DNA from: a virus
Direction: 5' to 3' (one strand)
Length of the DNA stretch: 64,000 nt
Virus record (IMG/VR): IMGVR_UViG_3300032224_000723
Location: 92,994 to 156,993 of that record
Below, in pieces: positions 48,501-55,906 of this stretch; within the stretch, counting starts at the first letter, position 1; every line of letters begins with the position of its first letter. Made by a program: the position numbers and the translations under genes. The notes beneath the pieces were generated by a model. That model was not told the origin of the DNA. It worked only from the letters and a program-made list of their open reading frames with translations, and made no database searches.

Positions 48501-49904
48501 AGGATAACTAATGGCTAATTGGTCAACTGAAGTTAATGATATGCCATCAGCCGTGCCAACTCCGTCAACATACCATTCTCTGTCTTGATAATCTACTGGT
48601 AGTACACTGGTATCAAATCTAACTTTTAAACCGTTAGTAAACGTTATACCATTGGGGCTTACATAATTTTGTTTTCCTAATATTTCAGTGTCTATGTTAA
48701 TAGCATTATTTGATGGGTCAACTAATTTAATGACACCATATTGACTTGGATCACTACCGTCTTGATAGTATAGAGTATCTAAATTAGCAGTTATAATAGG
48801 TGCTTGAATAAGAACGTTGGTAGAATCAGTATACCAAGTGGTGCTGGCATAAACAACACCAGTTGTGATGACAACTTTATTGTTAACAGGAATGCTGGTT
48901 ACATAACTTAGACTTATTGTTCCACCAGTTGTGGAAATTTGCCATATACCATAACGTTGATTTGCAGGAACAGTGCTGCCCACAGTCCAAGATGCGGCGT
49001 CAGTGTACTGTACTCCAAAAATTAAGTATTTGCCGTTGAGGTAAGTTTGCCCGTCTATGCCATTATATGTACTATTAAATGTGGATAAAGACTGTCCTTG
49101 TATTTGCGAATACATCAATGTTGTTACTAGATCTACATTTTGCACCAATGGCATATTGATGTAGAAATCTTGTGCTGTTTTAAGCGGTACGTTAAACGTA
49201 ACTGTGCCTACATCATCACCGTTGTTACTAACTCCTAGAACTTGTCTACTAGAAAAATTGGAATGTGCTGTTTGTACACCGCTAGTGCCCGGATCAGTTT
49301 GAATGTAGAAAGGCTTAGTGTATTGGTTAACAATAAAATTATAAGTGCCGCCTCTAGCTAAAATCAATTCTGGATTAGAAATGGTACTATAGCCACTGAT
49401 GTTATAAACATTGGTATTGTTGTTAGGGTATATATAATATGTTTTCTGTAGATCTGCAGATCCTGCAAATACATCTACAGCATCTGGCCCATTTGGTAAC
49501 CAGTAGTACTGACTGAAGTTTATAAATGCATCATAATTTATATGAGGATTGTAACTATAATATTCGCTGGCCCACAATCTATCGTGGTCGTTGATCTTAC
49601 CGCCATAGAAGCTAATTTGTTGTAAAACTTCAGGATATGTGGCATTAAATTCTACATTGCCAGTTATAGAATTTTTAACAACAATACTAGGCTCTAACTG
49701 ATAGTCTGCACGATCAGCAGTAGGTTCTTTGATAAAAGCATCTATAGGCCGTTGCCCAGGACCAAATTTTCTCCCAACATACCCGTTAACGGGTTTAAGA
49801 TTAGGTTCTGTTACTAGTTGATCCAGTGTTGCATTTAAGAATTTCTTATTTGCATCACTTTGAAAAACTGCTGGTAAAAAATTTCCGGTTTTAGTTGTAG
49901 CCAT
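36507..49904 (-). CDS. giant 4465-aa baseplate wedge / structural protein with YHYH, FG-GAP and GSGY repeat modules
   Basis: Follows gp6 in the position of gp7; YHY...GWAADGYPIYGP...LDRFNGR; FGxSV...VGAP repeats; GSGYT..P.VTI repeats. Confidence 0.8.
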   Translation of the reverse strand: MATTKTGNFLPAVFQSDANKKFLNATLDQLVTEPNLKPVNGYVGRKFGPGQRPIDAFIKEPTADRADYQLEPSIVVKNSITGNVEFNATYPEVLQQISFYGGKINDHDRLWASEYYSYNPHINYDAFINFSQYYWLPNGPDAVDVFAGSADLQKTYYIYPNNNTNVYNISGYSTISNPELILARGGTYNFIVNQYTKPFYIQTDPGTSGVQTAHSNFSSRQVLGVSNNGDDVGTVTFNVPLKTAQDFYINMPLVQNVDLVTTLMYSQIQGQSLSTFNSTYNGIDGQTYLNGKYLIFGVQYTDAASWTVGSTVPANQRYGIWQISTTGGTISLSYVTSIPVNNKVVITTGVVYASTTWYTDSTNVLIQAPIITANLDTLYYQDGSDPSQYGVIKLVDPSNNAINIDTEILGKQNYVSPNGITFTNGLKVRFDTSVLPVDYQDREWYVDGVGTADGISLTSVDQLAISYPGYTTNYNPTTWFANANTSGAPVTARLNTAKDQLTISTTDIPDGTNILCGTFPNLDNSNYIVPQDITLHYPYRAGQNTQGTHVSNILQSGIIGVSLPGIVIYGPSNDWYVPGTNGTNWHYDASQVLINGEDQYGGSPDDQGIYHYRDSTFITANAWGNFGYFTSNLNGYFSTDNSGHSKLIGWAADGYPIYGPFGYANPLNADSGAIRMTSSYVSTSNGYGRPIKQTVTISANADSTNTITVSSTFGLNPGMRITNNTAGLPTGDIWILNCGLHSAVGPGQFTQGVNQVQLNTNVTVVAGTSVDFEFLPGAFIEDYSYTGTGSLDRFNGRYCVTPEFPLGTYAYFAVQDYGSNPVYPYFVGSAFYGSLSIDTSTSLATQDYITINRSSRDINLWSKHNRWFHKNVIDAAARYNNTVAILDQTQRATRPIIEFNPNYQLYDFGRNGLKPVDLFDNTITTPFLTVEGQEGLYIDGVKVVDGMRIIFAADQDPATVHKIWVANFYDQVGNSPNDPTVIHLHLEKPTDHDVQEGDTITVLSGLSNAGKSYWYNGANWETGQTKTTINQAPRFDVFDSDGVSLGDTSKYPIANTTDAFLGTKIFSYKEGTGTIDPILGFPLSYRNFNNVGDIEFENNFDNDTFVYTVNGITYNDKVNIGFLYKNNVNGSVQKLNVWSKVSENTKQYQDISYIYDGIDNSFAIDVTPALSQYSHNLLVFINYKRISSTGYQIYNIPNNSKLISINPAKLKTNDRVDLLVYSGSVSKLGFYQIPDNLNLNAKNSPFVSPTLGEMRNHLGKLAESSLAFKGAFPGASNIRDITLTNQGGTIVQQSAPTSYASMFLCDNNYNFVNSVTSASQEYTRFKNKFLTIASHSNAIDYADPASAVDVIIGQINISKNKMFPWYYSDMIPYGANKNTISYNIFDPAQRNYEITNLFTNNELTNKAVLVYVNGAQLIYGKDYTFLAQAPGISFTSTYFPNIDDVLTIVEYYDTDGCYVPETPSKLGLYPKYQPEIITDYTYLIPQTFIVGHDGSLTPTFGDFRDDLLLELEKRIYNNIKISYDPNLLNIYDNIPGKFRDIGYSLPEYNAVLTKSYLQWVGHNNLDYITNSTYQFDVPFTYNYGSALDVIDGSKLPGSWRACFQYFYDTTQPHTHPWEMLGFSTKPDWWETYYGPAPYTGGNTVLWTDLQNGYIADGERQGIDLRFARPGLLNIIPVNENGELKPPIGLLTQKYDLNSFDNNWQVGQYSPTETAWRNSSDYPFALQYISALIHPAKYFALGIATSKYKYNTTLDQYLVTTTNQRLTPADIDVNSYTSSSGVTSRSSSYINWISDYLTGLGITDKTDLLNYIRNYNIQLSYRMAGFSGKQYFKVLAEQNSPNSTNESILIPDADIDLVLNKSTPMGNPRYSAVIIEKRSDGWQVSGYDTTHPYFVIAPPVITGTSITVTTVGKSVQYYEEFASYKVIVPYGTTFTNYQQVASFLAGYERYLISLGFLFNTYDPDLGQIRNWELSTKEFLFWAQQGWAVDSILVLNPAGDTIKFRSADSVVDAITNSFYGSKVMTQNYTVLDSDAYSVVRQDNNFTVSIDVKNGDMIGFLDLRTVQYEHVIIFENTTQFNDIIYDPTVGQRQFKLKLIGNKTAGWTGTFAPPGFIYNKEGVESWMPSTDYLKGDLVEYKNIYYAASKNLPGTDEFNFNNWLPVEKAKIKTGLLSNFARNSSLSKNFYNVDKVNLENEFDLFGLGLIGYRNRNYLNDLALDDVTQVKFYQGFIKEKGTLNAIDALGRVKLGPDQTSYTITENWAFRVGAYGSLDTNQFVELVLDEQYVLNNPTSLEVVDDHTVTYSSVYTEDFEIYKTSSPTWAPPFLLNRTAESSYVEDLKSAGFVNIDDIDYTVFDLSNFSTLSGNIANIDVGSTIWTVADFNQDWNVYRVSDTNKNVTEIANALNNKLQFTTDKNHNLAVGDVVVVTGYNTYKGFYKISYVPSLTTFVADFTGSLTGFSKVTGFSPLYKLVSMRFDYASQVTSYTPANGWSVNNKVWINEGANSQWEVYNKSEPWTFLKRLPQSQSDANVNYGSAVKISTDGTFALIGQPGYSSNTGAVTTMLQSYTGDFYEGGTTSTLAANASGMGSSIDFGRTNVLVGAPTSSSNIGYVVGFTKDFTGTLTTNQILTANVAASQFGTSVSLSDDEQWLYVGAPGAGKVYVYAYDSSVTALSYTIAPANATTKTFTLNFTPSSQEFLYVARSTRDYVPNVDFTISGNTITFTSNTGLGNIVVRQNPGYRYITSIAHSNASSQFGYSVASSTDGAQVVIGAPLANIVVGNTSGIYGSVSVYDRSVENFIAGANQTIFTTKRSLLSVSKVYVDKALKTIGVDYVVTLGNQVTFTTAPHAGAIVSIETNQFNKIQELAPTVSYSNQQFGYSVDLCPRNCSVYAGAPYQSTAGVFNGAVYRLVNQGKVYGNVICSNVIEQTTTISTNVAASTANVTVSSVAGLTVGMYLINSTTSNISSTNSYTISSIDTTNKIVTLNKNVAGQAYVGASLTFARIKSGDSIRINNFEVTFSDTRLSYVVSAINSKNIPGVTAVGVDGQLVLISDSRLAFDKLNLLPGVGTALTDIGANVFVETQQILNNDNHSYDYFGKKVKINNNSDVLFVGSDIANTLEPTTFDATNTATFEVTFDGTATKFKDYIQTSGSVWTFSYLLDSRNSINYPGAFNFVERLTPYPGLKSKVGFGHDIDVNTYNLIVGSYTDSTYNKNTGIVYQFKNTQGLNGWDVIRSGGPKVDIDSILKNYVYSASSQTIMYNLDYIDPLKGKILGVAEQDITYKTDYDPAVYNVANATTVSSSTSLHWNDTQVGQVWWDLSTVRFIDYEQGSIKYRTTNWGRLFPGSSVDVYEWVESIYPPSQYIAKGGDGEPKYADNTAYSTLIYVDPNTNIPTVTYYYWVKNKTTVTENKFGRLIPTVTIADYITNPKSSGIKYMAALRDDSVAVYNLNKDVSGKDVILHIDYASQINNNIIHSEYALVPEKGGKASDIPNNIYNKLVDSVSGQDLFGNPVPDPKLAVQNRYGIDIRPRQSVFIDRLQAVKEMVTYVNSVFAKNIISQGYNLTTLSSGELLPVAGTDVFDLSVNTYEELTYLNIIIQPANYKVLVVSDSTVNNLWSIYTKQSNNTWLLSRVQSYRTSDYWKYVDWYATGFDKTTRPKYTVNTYADLSTLPLKSQDIVKVLNNGQGNWLLLQVFPNIVNTVGIQSGTIALTENLYNLVDYGMGFGNDNFDTQRFDQNPSIELRNILSALRNDLFINQLRENFLELFYVFIYYVLDEQKYVDWVFKTSFIDVLHKFRGLNQPQIYTKDNQEYYKQYIEEVKPYKTTIREYVLDYQGSDNLTGYVTDFDVPPFYDKVLGVYRSPSGTFIQDATELQSPQYRDWLLTYEYYVDYITIENSGSGYTQAPVVTITGSSIGNDAVARALISNGKVSKIEVLYGGSNYITQPTVTISGGNGTGAVAYAQLANETIRKVKTTLTYDRITYSTTVLDWTANTSYTTGTIISYNGVGYFVNSNFTSGSSFNGNYLTVYPAYKFNNANDRIQAYYNPGVGQAGKNPSLLQSGINYPGVLVDGLLYTDTGGFAVAGFDSSPFDPFDIDAEGNPVISDSILDSVIQSSYTDTSLGIRPEDIIIDGGGYVDTYSSHAPEELIPGRVFDTLDITVTTFATNAASLSYSSWVATNGFEVGSIEVVDGGLGYTANTISVTISGTTGTGATVTPILDANGSIMSISIVSAGTQYTTIPNVIITGSNVSPATATAILTQNDYPTFSYKIFKDMNDNYGYYRVSANASTNIISTTSNTITVANSSVLSHPNPSATVPGVIFVNGERITYWTNNTTTNTLSNIRRATLGTGVSTLTAGSAVYDESAVQLVPYSDNYTWTPNVDTLKQLTSTGYATFKAGQTYITSNLWYDTGYGVSSLAIEAGLFTAETLLATETPELLTSEPTYSSPTNGLGLYVSSQEQAIFVRE

Positions 49905-49913
49905 TTGTTTTTA

Positions 49914-52900
49914 TTATGTAATAATAGTATTTACCGCTGTAGATTGAAGGTTTAATTGCGCCGCAGTAATTGCCGTAATAACTTCAATATTTTCCACTGT
50001 TGCACAGCTCAAGAAAATTTCATTAGCTTCAGAACCAATTTGTTGCAAGGATCCATATACTTGGCTTTGACTGTTGGGCACAATAACAATACTACTGATA
50101 TTAGGCGCCAATGCTTGTTGAATATAAGTAGCAAGTTCAGTGAAGTAAAAAGTTTCCCCAAAGTCCCAGTTTGCTGTTTGGAAGAATGAATTGATGTAAG
50201 CCAACACTTGACTTCTAATTTCAGTGTCGCTTAAATTTATATTGGTATTTTTAACTACTTTAAATGTTGCTTGTAATTCAGGTTTAGATTTTTTACCAAA
50301 CAACAATTTAAATTGTGCAGAATTGTAAATGATAGCATCACTTACACTTTTATAATTTTCTAAATCGTTAAATTCTAATCTTAAAGATTCACTGGTTAAG
50401 CGTTCTGGCTGTGGGATTGTTCCTGTTGTATCCAATGCCCATGCCCTATAGTCTGCTTCATATTCTTTGGTCAATAGATAGATATCTATTAAATTATTTG
50501 GGCTAGGATCTAAACGTCTGTTACCTGGTGCATTGTGTCTATACTGGAAATACAAATTAGAGCGACCAACTTTTGCAAGGTAGTTACTGTTTTGAACTAG
50601 GCTGTAGACATTATTTGTTACTGTTAACACATAAAACAAATCTTCGCTGGTGGCGTAAAAAATTTGACCTACCAAGTAATTGTTGATATTTGGTAGTATA
50701 GCTGCTTTAGTTGGGAAATTAATATTAACTAAGGTACTGTCCACAGGAGTAAATGTTACAAAACTTTCATACCCATATGATTTTTCAAAGAATACATGTT
50801 TTGTTAACGGGTTAATATTGGGTTGAACTATGGTTGTAAAAATGTCTGGATTGTCAGGAACCCCATCGTCATTGACATCACTGAACGTAATATAAACTTT
50901 TCCTTGATCCACATAACCATCAGATTCTGTAGCTTGACTATAAATGAACCACGGTAAGTTTTCTGTTAAAATTGTCCCTGTGTCAGGATCTCCATTGACT
51001 TTTAAAATATTGATTTCATCGTTTACAGTGCGGCCTGTGATTGGATCAAATACTTTAAGTTGATTGTCAAAATAGAATTTTGTTTCACGTACACTGGCAA
51101 ATACATAGTTTAATCCTCTAGAAATCACTGAATACAAAGTGCCATTAACCGTAAATGCTAATAGCCAACTAGAGTCAAGTCCTTGGCCTGATAAGGAACC
51201 TTGATTTGCTTGACTAAATGCTCCGTTTAAATCTATATCTTGAGCTGAAATTATTTGCCAAGTACGTGTATTTTGATCATATCTAATACCAAACTCTGTA
51301 TAAGAAGAGATCAAAGAAATTAATTGTGTTGTAAATGCTGTGGTAAAACTATTACTCCAAGCAGGTATAACTGTAGTTGCTATGGCACCAGTAGGAATAT
51401 TTTCACTTAGTGCAACAGGTCCGAACCCAGTGGTTAATACACCCTGACCACCATTGCCCACTAATCTAGTTATTGACACATACAATAAACTTTTTCCATT
51501 CTGTGGAAGAACTCCTGATGCTGGTAAAGTTAAAATATTATTTTGAGCATCAAAATAATTGCCAGTACCTGGACTAAAAACGATAATACTGTTTTCAGTT
51601 GCATACGACAAATTGCCAGACACTCCTGCACCTATTTGTTGGGCAACACCAGATGAGTTTACAAACCATCCAGTGGATGAACTAGAACCTGCTGTTTGTT
51701 TATACCAGCTTACATTTAAATTAGTTAAGTCAAATCTATTATAGTTTGCATAATAGTAATGCATCAAACTTTTTGTTTCAATAATGGGAATGATTTGATT
51801 TTGAATTTCTCTATTAATGTCCGCTGTTGTAGACCATGTGAAACTAAAACTAGTTGTGTTATCTTCTTCAAATAATATACCGTCTTGTGCAAAAATATTT
51901 GTACTAGAATATCTACCAGTAGTGTCAATAATGTCCAAGTATCTGCTTACACCGCTACTGGTTCTATTAACAGCTTTGACTTTACTAACAGTGTTGAAAT
52001 TTGCGTAAGGAAATATATTGTAATCTTCCCCTGTGACCATACGATTTTGTGTATAGTATAATTGAGGGGCTTTAGTTCTAATGTCGTTGACGCTTTCACG
52101 AGAGACTGCATTGGCTATTGTGTATTTCAAACTAGCAACTACAGACAATGTTTCTGATCTGCCTGTTTTGCTAATATAAGGAATATTAATCCTTATGTTT
52201 TGCATTTCATCAGGAGTAATTTTATAAGTTAGTCCTGTGCTGGTTCTAAAATAAGTTCTAAAATTGCCTTGAGGTATAGCAGCAAAAGTGCCGTCGCCAA
52301 AAATTAAGTCAACTTGGTCATTTCCTCGACTACTTGCTTGATAACTTTTCTTAACTGCATTGTTATTATAAATGATGTTGGTCCCAACAACTGTAGGCAA
52401 TTGACTCCATATTATGTTAGGGGTACCAGTATTAGTCAATTCCCATAGCCAAACATCAGTATTATTAATGTTATCAAAATTTATATTAACTAGATTATTA
52501 GGAATGCTTTCAGTAATTGCAAAATCTTGACTTTGTAGATTTCCTTGTTTGAAGTAAAAGAAAAACCCAGTGCTGTTACTGGCATTGCCTAAGTTGTCGT
52601 TTTTATATAATATGTTCAGTGGGCGGCCAGGTGCAGGTGGTACTTCATATATGTAATTTTGATTGGCACTAGTTGGACTTACAACTTCAAATCCTAAACT
52701 AACTGTTTCAATTTGAGCATTGTATTTAAAAATAGGCAGATTATTGGCGGGCAAGTTAATATTGTATTCTTCGTTGACAATCCCCGCTATGGTTTTGGTA
52801 TTTGCAGAGCGGCCCACTTGTTGATTAGAGGGCAATGCCCCGTTTAATATTGTAATAAACTGTTCATACCAATTAACATTGGCGCTGTCATTCCACTTAA

Positions 52901-53324
52901 CAATCAAATTAGTTAGATCTGTACCATTGCTGTCTATTAGAGTTTGTGTGGTCTGCACACTGTCAAATTTTAAATATCCTGTGGCAGTTTGGTTACGTTT
53001 AGGGATATAGCTGATAAGTTTAGCTAGTTTTAGTACACTGTCTCTACGTTCAGCAGTGTCAATAAAGTTTTCACGAGCATTTAAGTCTGTGCGAAATGCT
53101 AGGCTTTGTCCTAAATATGCAATTAAATCTATCAGCGCAACATATTCGCTGGATTCGATGAAATCGTTAAAATCTTCAGGAAAATAAATCTGAAGATAAT
53201 CAATCATGCTCTTTCTCAGAGTCTGATAGTCGTAGCTCTGAAAATCTGCATTTCTAAAACTTTCGTAAATTTTAGTCCAGTCTTGATTTACTAAAAGATT
53301 GTTTTGTCTGGTGGTACTAGGCAT
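49914..53324 (-). CDS. baseplate wedge protein (T4 gp6-like)
   Basis: FNDFIESS, ENFIDTAERRDSV, LIFGDG, QNRMVTGEDY; follows gp25. Confidence 0.85.
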   Translation of the reverse strand: MPSTTRQNNLLVNQDWTKIYESFRNADFQSYDYQTLRKSMIDYLQIYFPEDFNDFIESSEYVALIDLIAYLGQSLAFRTDLNARENFIDTAERRDSVLKLAKLISYIPKRNQTATGYLKFDSVQTTQTLIDSNGTDLTNLIVKWNDSANVNWYEQFITILNGALPSNQQVGRSANTKTIAGIVNEEYNINLPANNLPIFKYNAQIETVSLGFEVVSPTSANQNYIYEVPPAPGRPLNILYKNDNLGNASNSTGFFFYFKQGNLQSQDFAITESIPNNLVNINFDNINNTDVWLWELTNTGTPNIIWSQLPTVVGTNIIYNNNAVKKSYQASSRGNDQVDLIFGDGTFAAIPQGNFRTYFRTSTGLTYKITPDEMQNIRINIPYISKTGRSETLSVVASLKYTIANAVSRESVNDIRTKAPQLYYTQNRMVTGEDYNIFPYANFNTVSKVKAVNRTSSGVSRYLDIIDTTGRYSSTNIFAQDGILFEEDNTTSFSFTWSTTADINREIQNQIIPIIETKSLMHYYYANYNRFDLTNLNVSWYKQTAGSSSSTGWFVNSSGVAQQIGAGVSGNLSYATENSIIVFSPGTGNYFDAQNNILTLPASGVLPQNGKSLLYVSITRLVGNGGQGVLTTGFGPVALSENIPTGAIATTVIPAWSNSFTTAFTTQLISLISSYTEFGIRYDQNTRTWQIISAQDIDLNGAFSQANQGSLSGQGLDSSWLLAFTVNGTLYSVISRGLNYVFASVRETKFYFDNQLKVFDPITGRTVNDEINILKVNGDPDTGTILTENLPWFIYSQATESDGYVDQGKVYITFSDVNDDGVPDNPDIFTTIVQPNINPLTKHVFFEKSYGYESFVTFTPVDSTLVNINFPTKAAILPNINNYLVGQIFYATSEDLFYVLTVTNNVYSLVQNSNYLAKVGRSNLYFQYRHNAPGNRRLDPSPNNLIDIYLLTKEYEADYRAWALDTTGTIPQPERLTSESLRLEFNDLENYKSVSDAIIYNSAQFKLLFGKKSKPELQATFKVVKNTNINLSDTEIRSQVLAYINSFFQTANWDFGETFYFTELATYIQQALAPNISSIVIVPNSQSQVYGSLQQIGSEANEIFLSCATVENIEVITAITAAQLNLQSTAVNTIIT

Positions 53325-53341
53325 ACTGTCCTCGTTTTAAG

Positions 53342-53349
53342 TATTTATT
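53342..53349 (-). promoter_or_regulatory. late promoter AATAAATA
   Basis: Upstream of the GAGGA SD and ATG 53324. Confidence 0.6.
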
Positions 53350-53368
53350 GCAGACAAAATATGCTAGT

Positions 53369-53746
53369 TTAAAGGGCTTGTAATTGGTTTGAATTTTGCT
53401 GATCAAATAGTAATTGCATGGTGCCTGTTTGTCCATTAGCTATGTACAACAGCACTACTTCAATTTGAATGCCTTTTTCAAATTGAGTTACTATGACATT
53501 TTGTGCAGATACCCTACTGTCAAATGCTATAATTCGCTTAACGTCTTTGATTATGCGATTTTTTGTGTCATCGTCAAAAGGGTCAAATAAAGTATCCCAT
53601 ATAATAGTGCCGAAATCAGGTTGCATCAACTTTTCGCCTTTGCGTATATTGAAATGATTAGTTATATCTTGTTTAACCAAGTCAAAATCAGTCAAGCGAA
53701 AATGCTTGGATCTATTATATGTGCTGAATCCTTTATATTGTGTCAT
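53369..53746 (-). CDS. baseplate wedge subunit (gp25/GPW family)
   Basis: YKGFST, RKGEKLMQPDFGT, LFDP, DSRV. Confidence 0.9.
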   Translation of the reverse strand: MTQYKGFSTYNRSKHFRLTDFDLVKQDITNHFNIRKGEKLMQPDFGTIIWDTLFDPFDDDTKNRIIKDVKRIIAFDSRVSAQNVIVTQFEKGIQIEVVLLYIANGQTGTMQLLFDQQNSNQLQAL

Positions 53747-53751
53747 ATGTA

Positions 53752-53758
53752 TATTTAC
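53752..53758 (-). promoter_or_regulatory. late promoter GTAAATA
   Basis: 5 nt upstream of the gp25 ATG; no SD. Confidence 0.5.
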
Positions 53759-53760
53759 CC

Positions 53761-55890
53761 TTACTTGTTCACCTTAGATGCGTTGCTTGATATTATGATA
53801 GGCACTTGTGTTTGACTATATCGTCCTTGATTATAATTAGCACTTGCTGTAACACCGTTAGCATCTCTGACATTTTGACCTGTTTTGACCCAATTTATTG
53901 TCCCATCTACACCGATTGTATCATTATGACTGGATGCTAAGAATCCTGCTACTTGATCCGTTGTATTTTTATTTGTAATTACACCTGCACTTTGTAGTGC
54001 CGCATAGTTGTCTTGCGTGTGTTCGTACATTGCTAGATCCTGAATATCGGGGCTAGCACGGAAATCAGCAGCACTATATACTCCGTTTCTACCAGTCCAA
54101 TTATTGGGATTACTTAATGCTTCTGCAGTTTGCGGAGTACCTGGATTAACGTACCCTAATTGAGCCAATGCCGTTGCCCCAAGTTGATATTTTCCTTGAT
54201 ACCCTTGTGCATTTTCTGTATCGTATACCCCACCAGAATTGTTTCCTACTTGTGCCATATATGCTCTCAAAGCATCTTTGTTTAAAATTCCCAGCTCTTG
54301 ACTAGGCTCTGTTTGCATAATAAATGCTGAAGTGGGCGCTGGATCTGGCACTGGTTCAGTGATAGCTTGATTTGTACCTACAGTGGTATCCACTGTTTCA
54401 GGTTTAATCACATCCCCCAATACATTGGTTTCATTGGTAGCTGCGGCTGCTGCCGCATCCTCTTGTTGCTGTATTAATGCAGATATATTGCCCCTAATAT
54501 ATGGCTCATGTGTTGGGACTTTATTATTAATAGATCTTAATACTTCTGTTTCCACAGTCCACCCAGTGCTGGTAAAAACGACATCTGGCAGATTAAATTC
54601 TGGTATTGGACTAGGGGGAGCAGATGCCGCACCACCACCACCCCCATTTAGACTGATAGTTCCGCCTTGAATACCTATAGAGCCACCAGAATGTATTGAC
54701 ATACTACCAGCAGCAGATACACTCATCGACGATCCGCTTTTTAATTGTGCTTGTCTTCCGTAAAAATTTAAAAATTGGCTGGCATTATTAGTAATAGTTG
54801 GGCCTTGCATTTTTATACTAGATCCTGCATGTACTTTAAAACTGCCGCCGGCATTAAAACTCATGTTACGATCACTGTGCATCATCAAATTGCCCTGTGT
54901 TCTGATACTCATGTCCCTTTGCCCGTAGATTAATATATCTCCATTTTTTGTTAATTCAACCCACGCTGTACCTTCAGAATTACTGATGTATATAAACCCC
55001 GCAGTGTCATGCATTAATATCTGATGCCCAGCGGCAGTTTTAAGTCTGACTAAATCATTGTCACCAAATAAATCACCGTCGTCCATAGTCAAACTATGGC
55101 CGCCAACACGGGTTGTTACTTTTAACGTATCAGGATTAAAGTTTCCGCTGATAATTTGTTCTCTGGTATAAGTGAATTTTGCATCTTGTGATTTAATTGG
55201 TCTACCTGGGGTACTAAATCCAAACACCGCACTGACTGGATCACGTTGAGCACTACTGGTTATTGCGCCTCGTAATACATCACTGTCTAATCCTTGAGTA
55301 ATTAAACGTATAGTTTGTGGAATATGTAAAGGCTTAGGTGTATTAATCCAGTCTGAATCTGTGTAACCTTTAGTTATTTCTTGATTCCATTCTCCCACTG
55401 GATATCTATTTCCATCTTTAAGATAGGGGAGAAGATCTGCAGGAACTGTGTTTCTGTCGATGTCGTCTACAGCAACAGAGCCAATGGCAGGCACCATGTA
55501 TCTACTTAGATTGGGATTTATACAAGCAAACCAGTAACCTTCTGTTCTGCTACCATTTGGGAAACAACATAATACTATGCTACCCAAATCTGGAGGGGTC
55601 ATATAAAACCCATAAGTCTGCTGTGTATTATAGAAGTCATTGTTTACTGCATTCAGCGGACCGCGAGTTACTCCACCAAAAGGACTTGCATAACTAACCA
55701 AAGTCCAATTTTTTTCGTCATCTGAGTCGTCGCCACCAAACTCAGGAATATAAACGTATACCCTGCCACTGCGTGTACCTGTGTCTATTTTTCTAATAAC
55801 ACCTTTGTAAATTGAAAATGTCAAAGGAAAATCCGATTTACTGGGATCAGCAAATTCTGGAAGTTTTGTCCCCATGTAGGGTTTATTCAT
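53761..55890 (-). CDS. central spike / hub protein (gp5/VgrG-like) with C-terminal lysozyme-like domain
   Basis: OB-fold GRVYVYIP...PPDLGS, GHSLTMDD/GHQILMHD beta-helix, PTHEPY, then NAQGYQGKYQLG. Confidence 0.8.
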   Translation of the reverse strand: MNKPYMGTKLPEFADPSKSDFPLTFSIYKGVIRKIDTGTRSGRVYVYIPEFGGDDSDDEKNWTLVSYASPFGGVTRGPLNAVNNDFYNTQQTYGFYMTPPDLGSIVLCCFPNGSRTEGYWFACINPNLSRYMVPAIGSVAVDDIDRNTVPADLLPYLKDGNRYPVGEWNQEITKGYTDSDWINTPKPLHIPQTIRLITQGLDSDVLRGAITSSAQRDPVSAVFGFSTPGRPIKSQDAKFTYTREQIISGNFNPDTLKVTTRVGGHSLTMDDGDLFGDNDLVRLKTAAGHQILMHDTAGFIYISNSEGTAWVELTKNGDILIYGQRDMSIRTQGNLMMHSDRNMSFNAGGSFKVHAGSSIKMQGPTITNNASQFLNFYGRQAQLKSGSSMSVSAAGSMSIHSGGSIGIQGGTISLNGGGGGAASAPPSPIPEFNLPDVVFTSTGWTVETEVLRSINNKVPTHEPYIRGNISALIQQQEDAAAAAATNETNVLGDVIKPETVDTTVGTNQAITEPVPDPAPTSAFIMQTEPSQELGILNKDALRAYMAQVGNNSGGVYDTENAQGYQGKYQLGATALAQLGYVNPGTPQTAEALSNPNNWTGRNGVYSAADFRASPDIQDLAMYEHTQDNYAALQSAGVITNKNTTDQVAGFLASSHNDTIGVDGTINWVKTGQNVRDANGVTASANYNQGRYSQTQVPIIISSNASKVNK

Positions 55891-55906
55891 TTAAATTATC
55901 TCCGTA

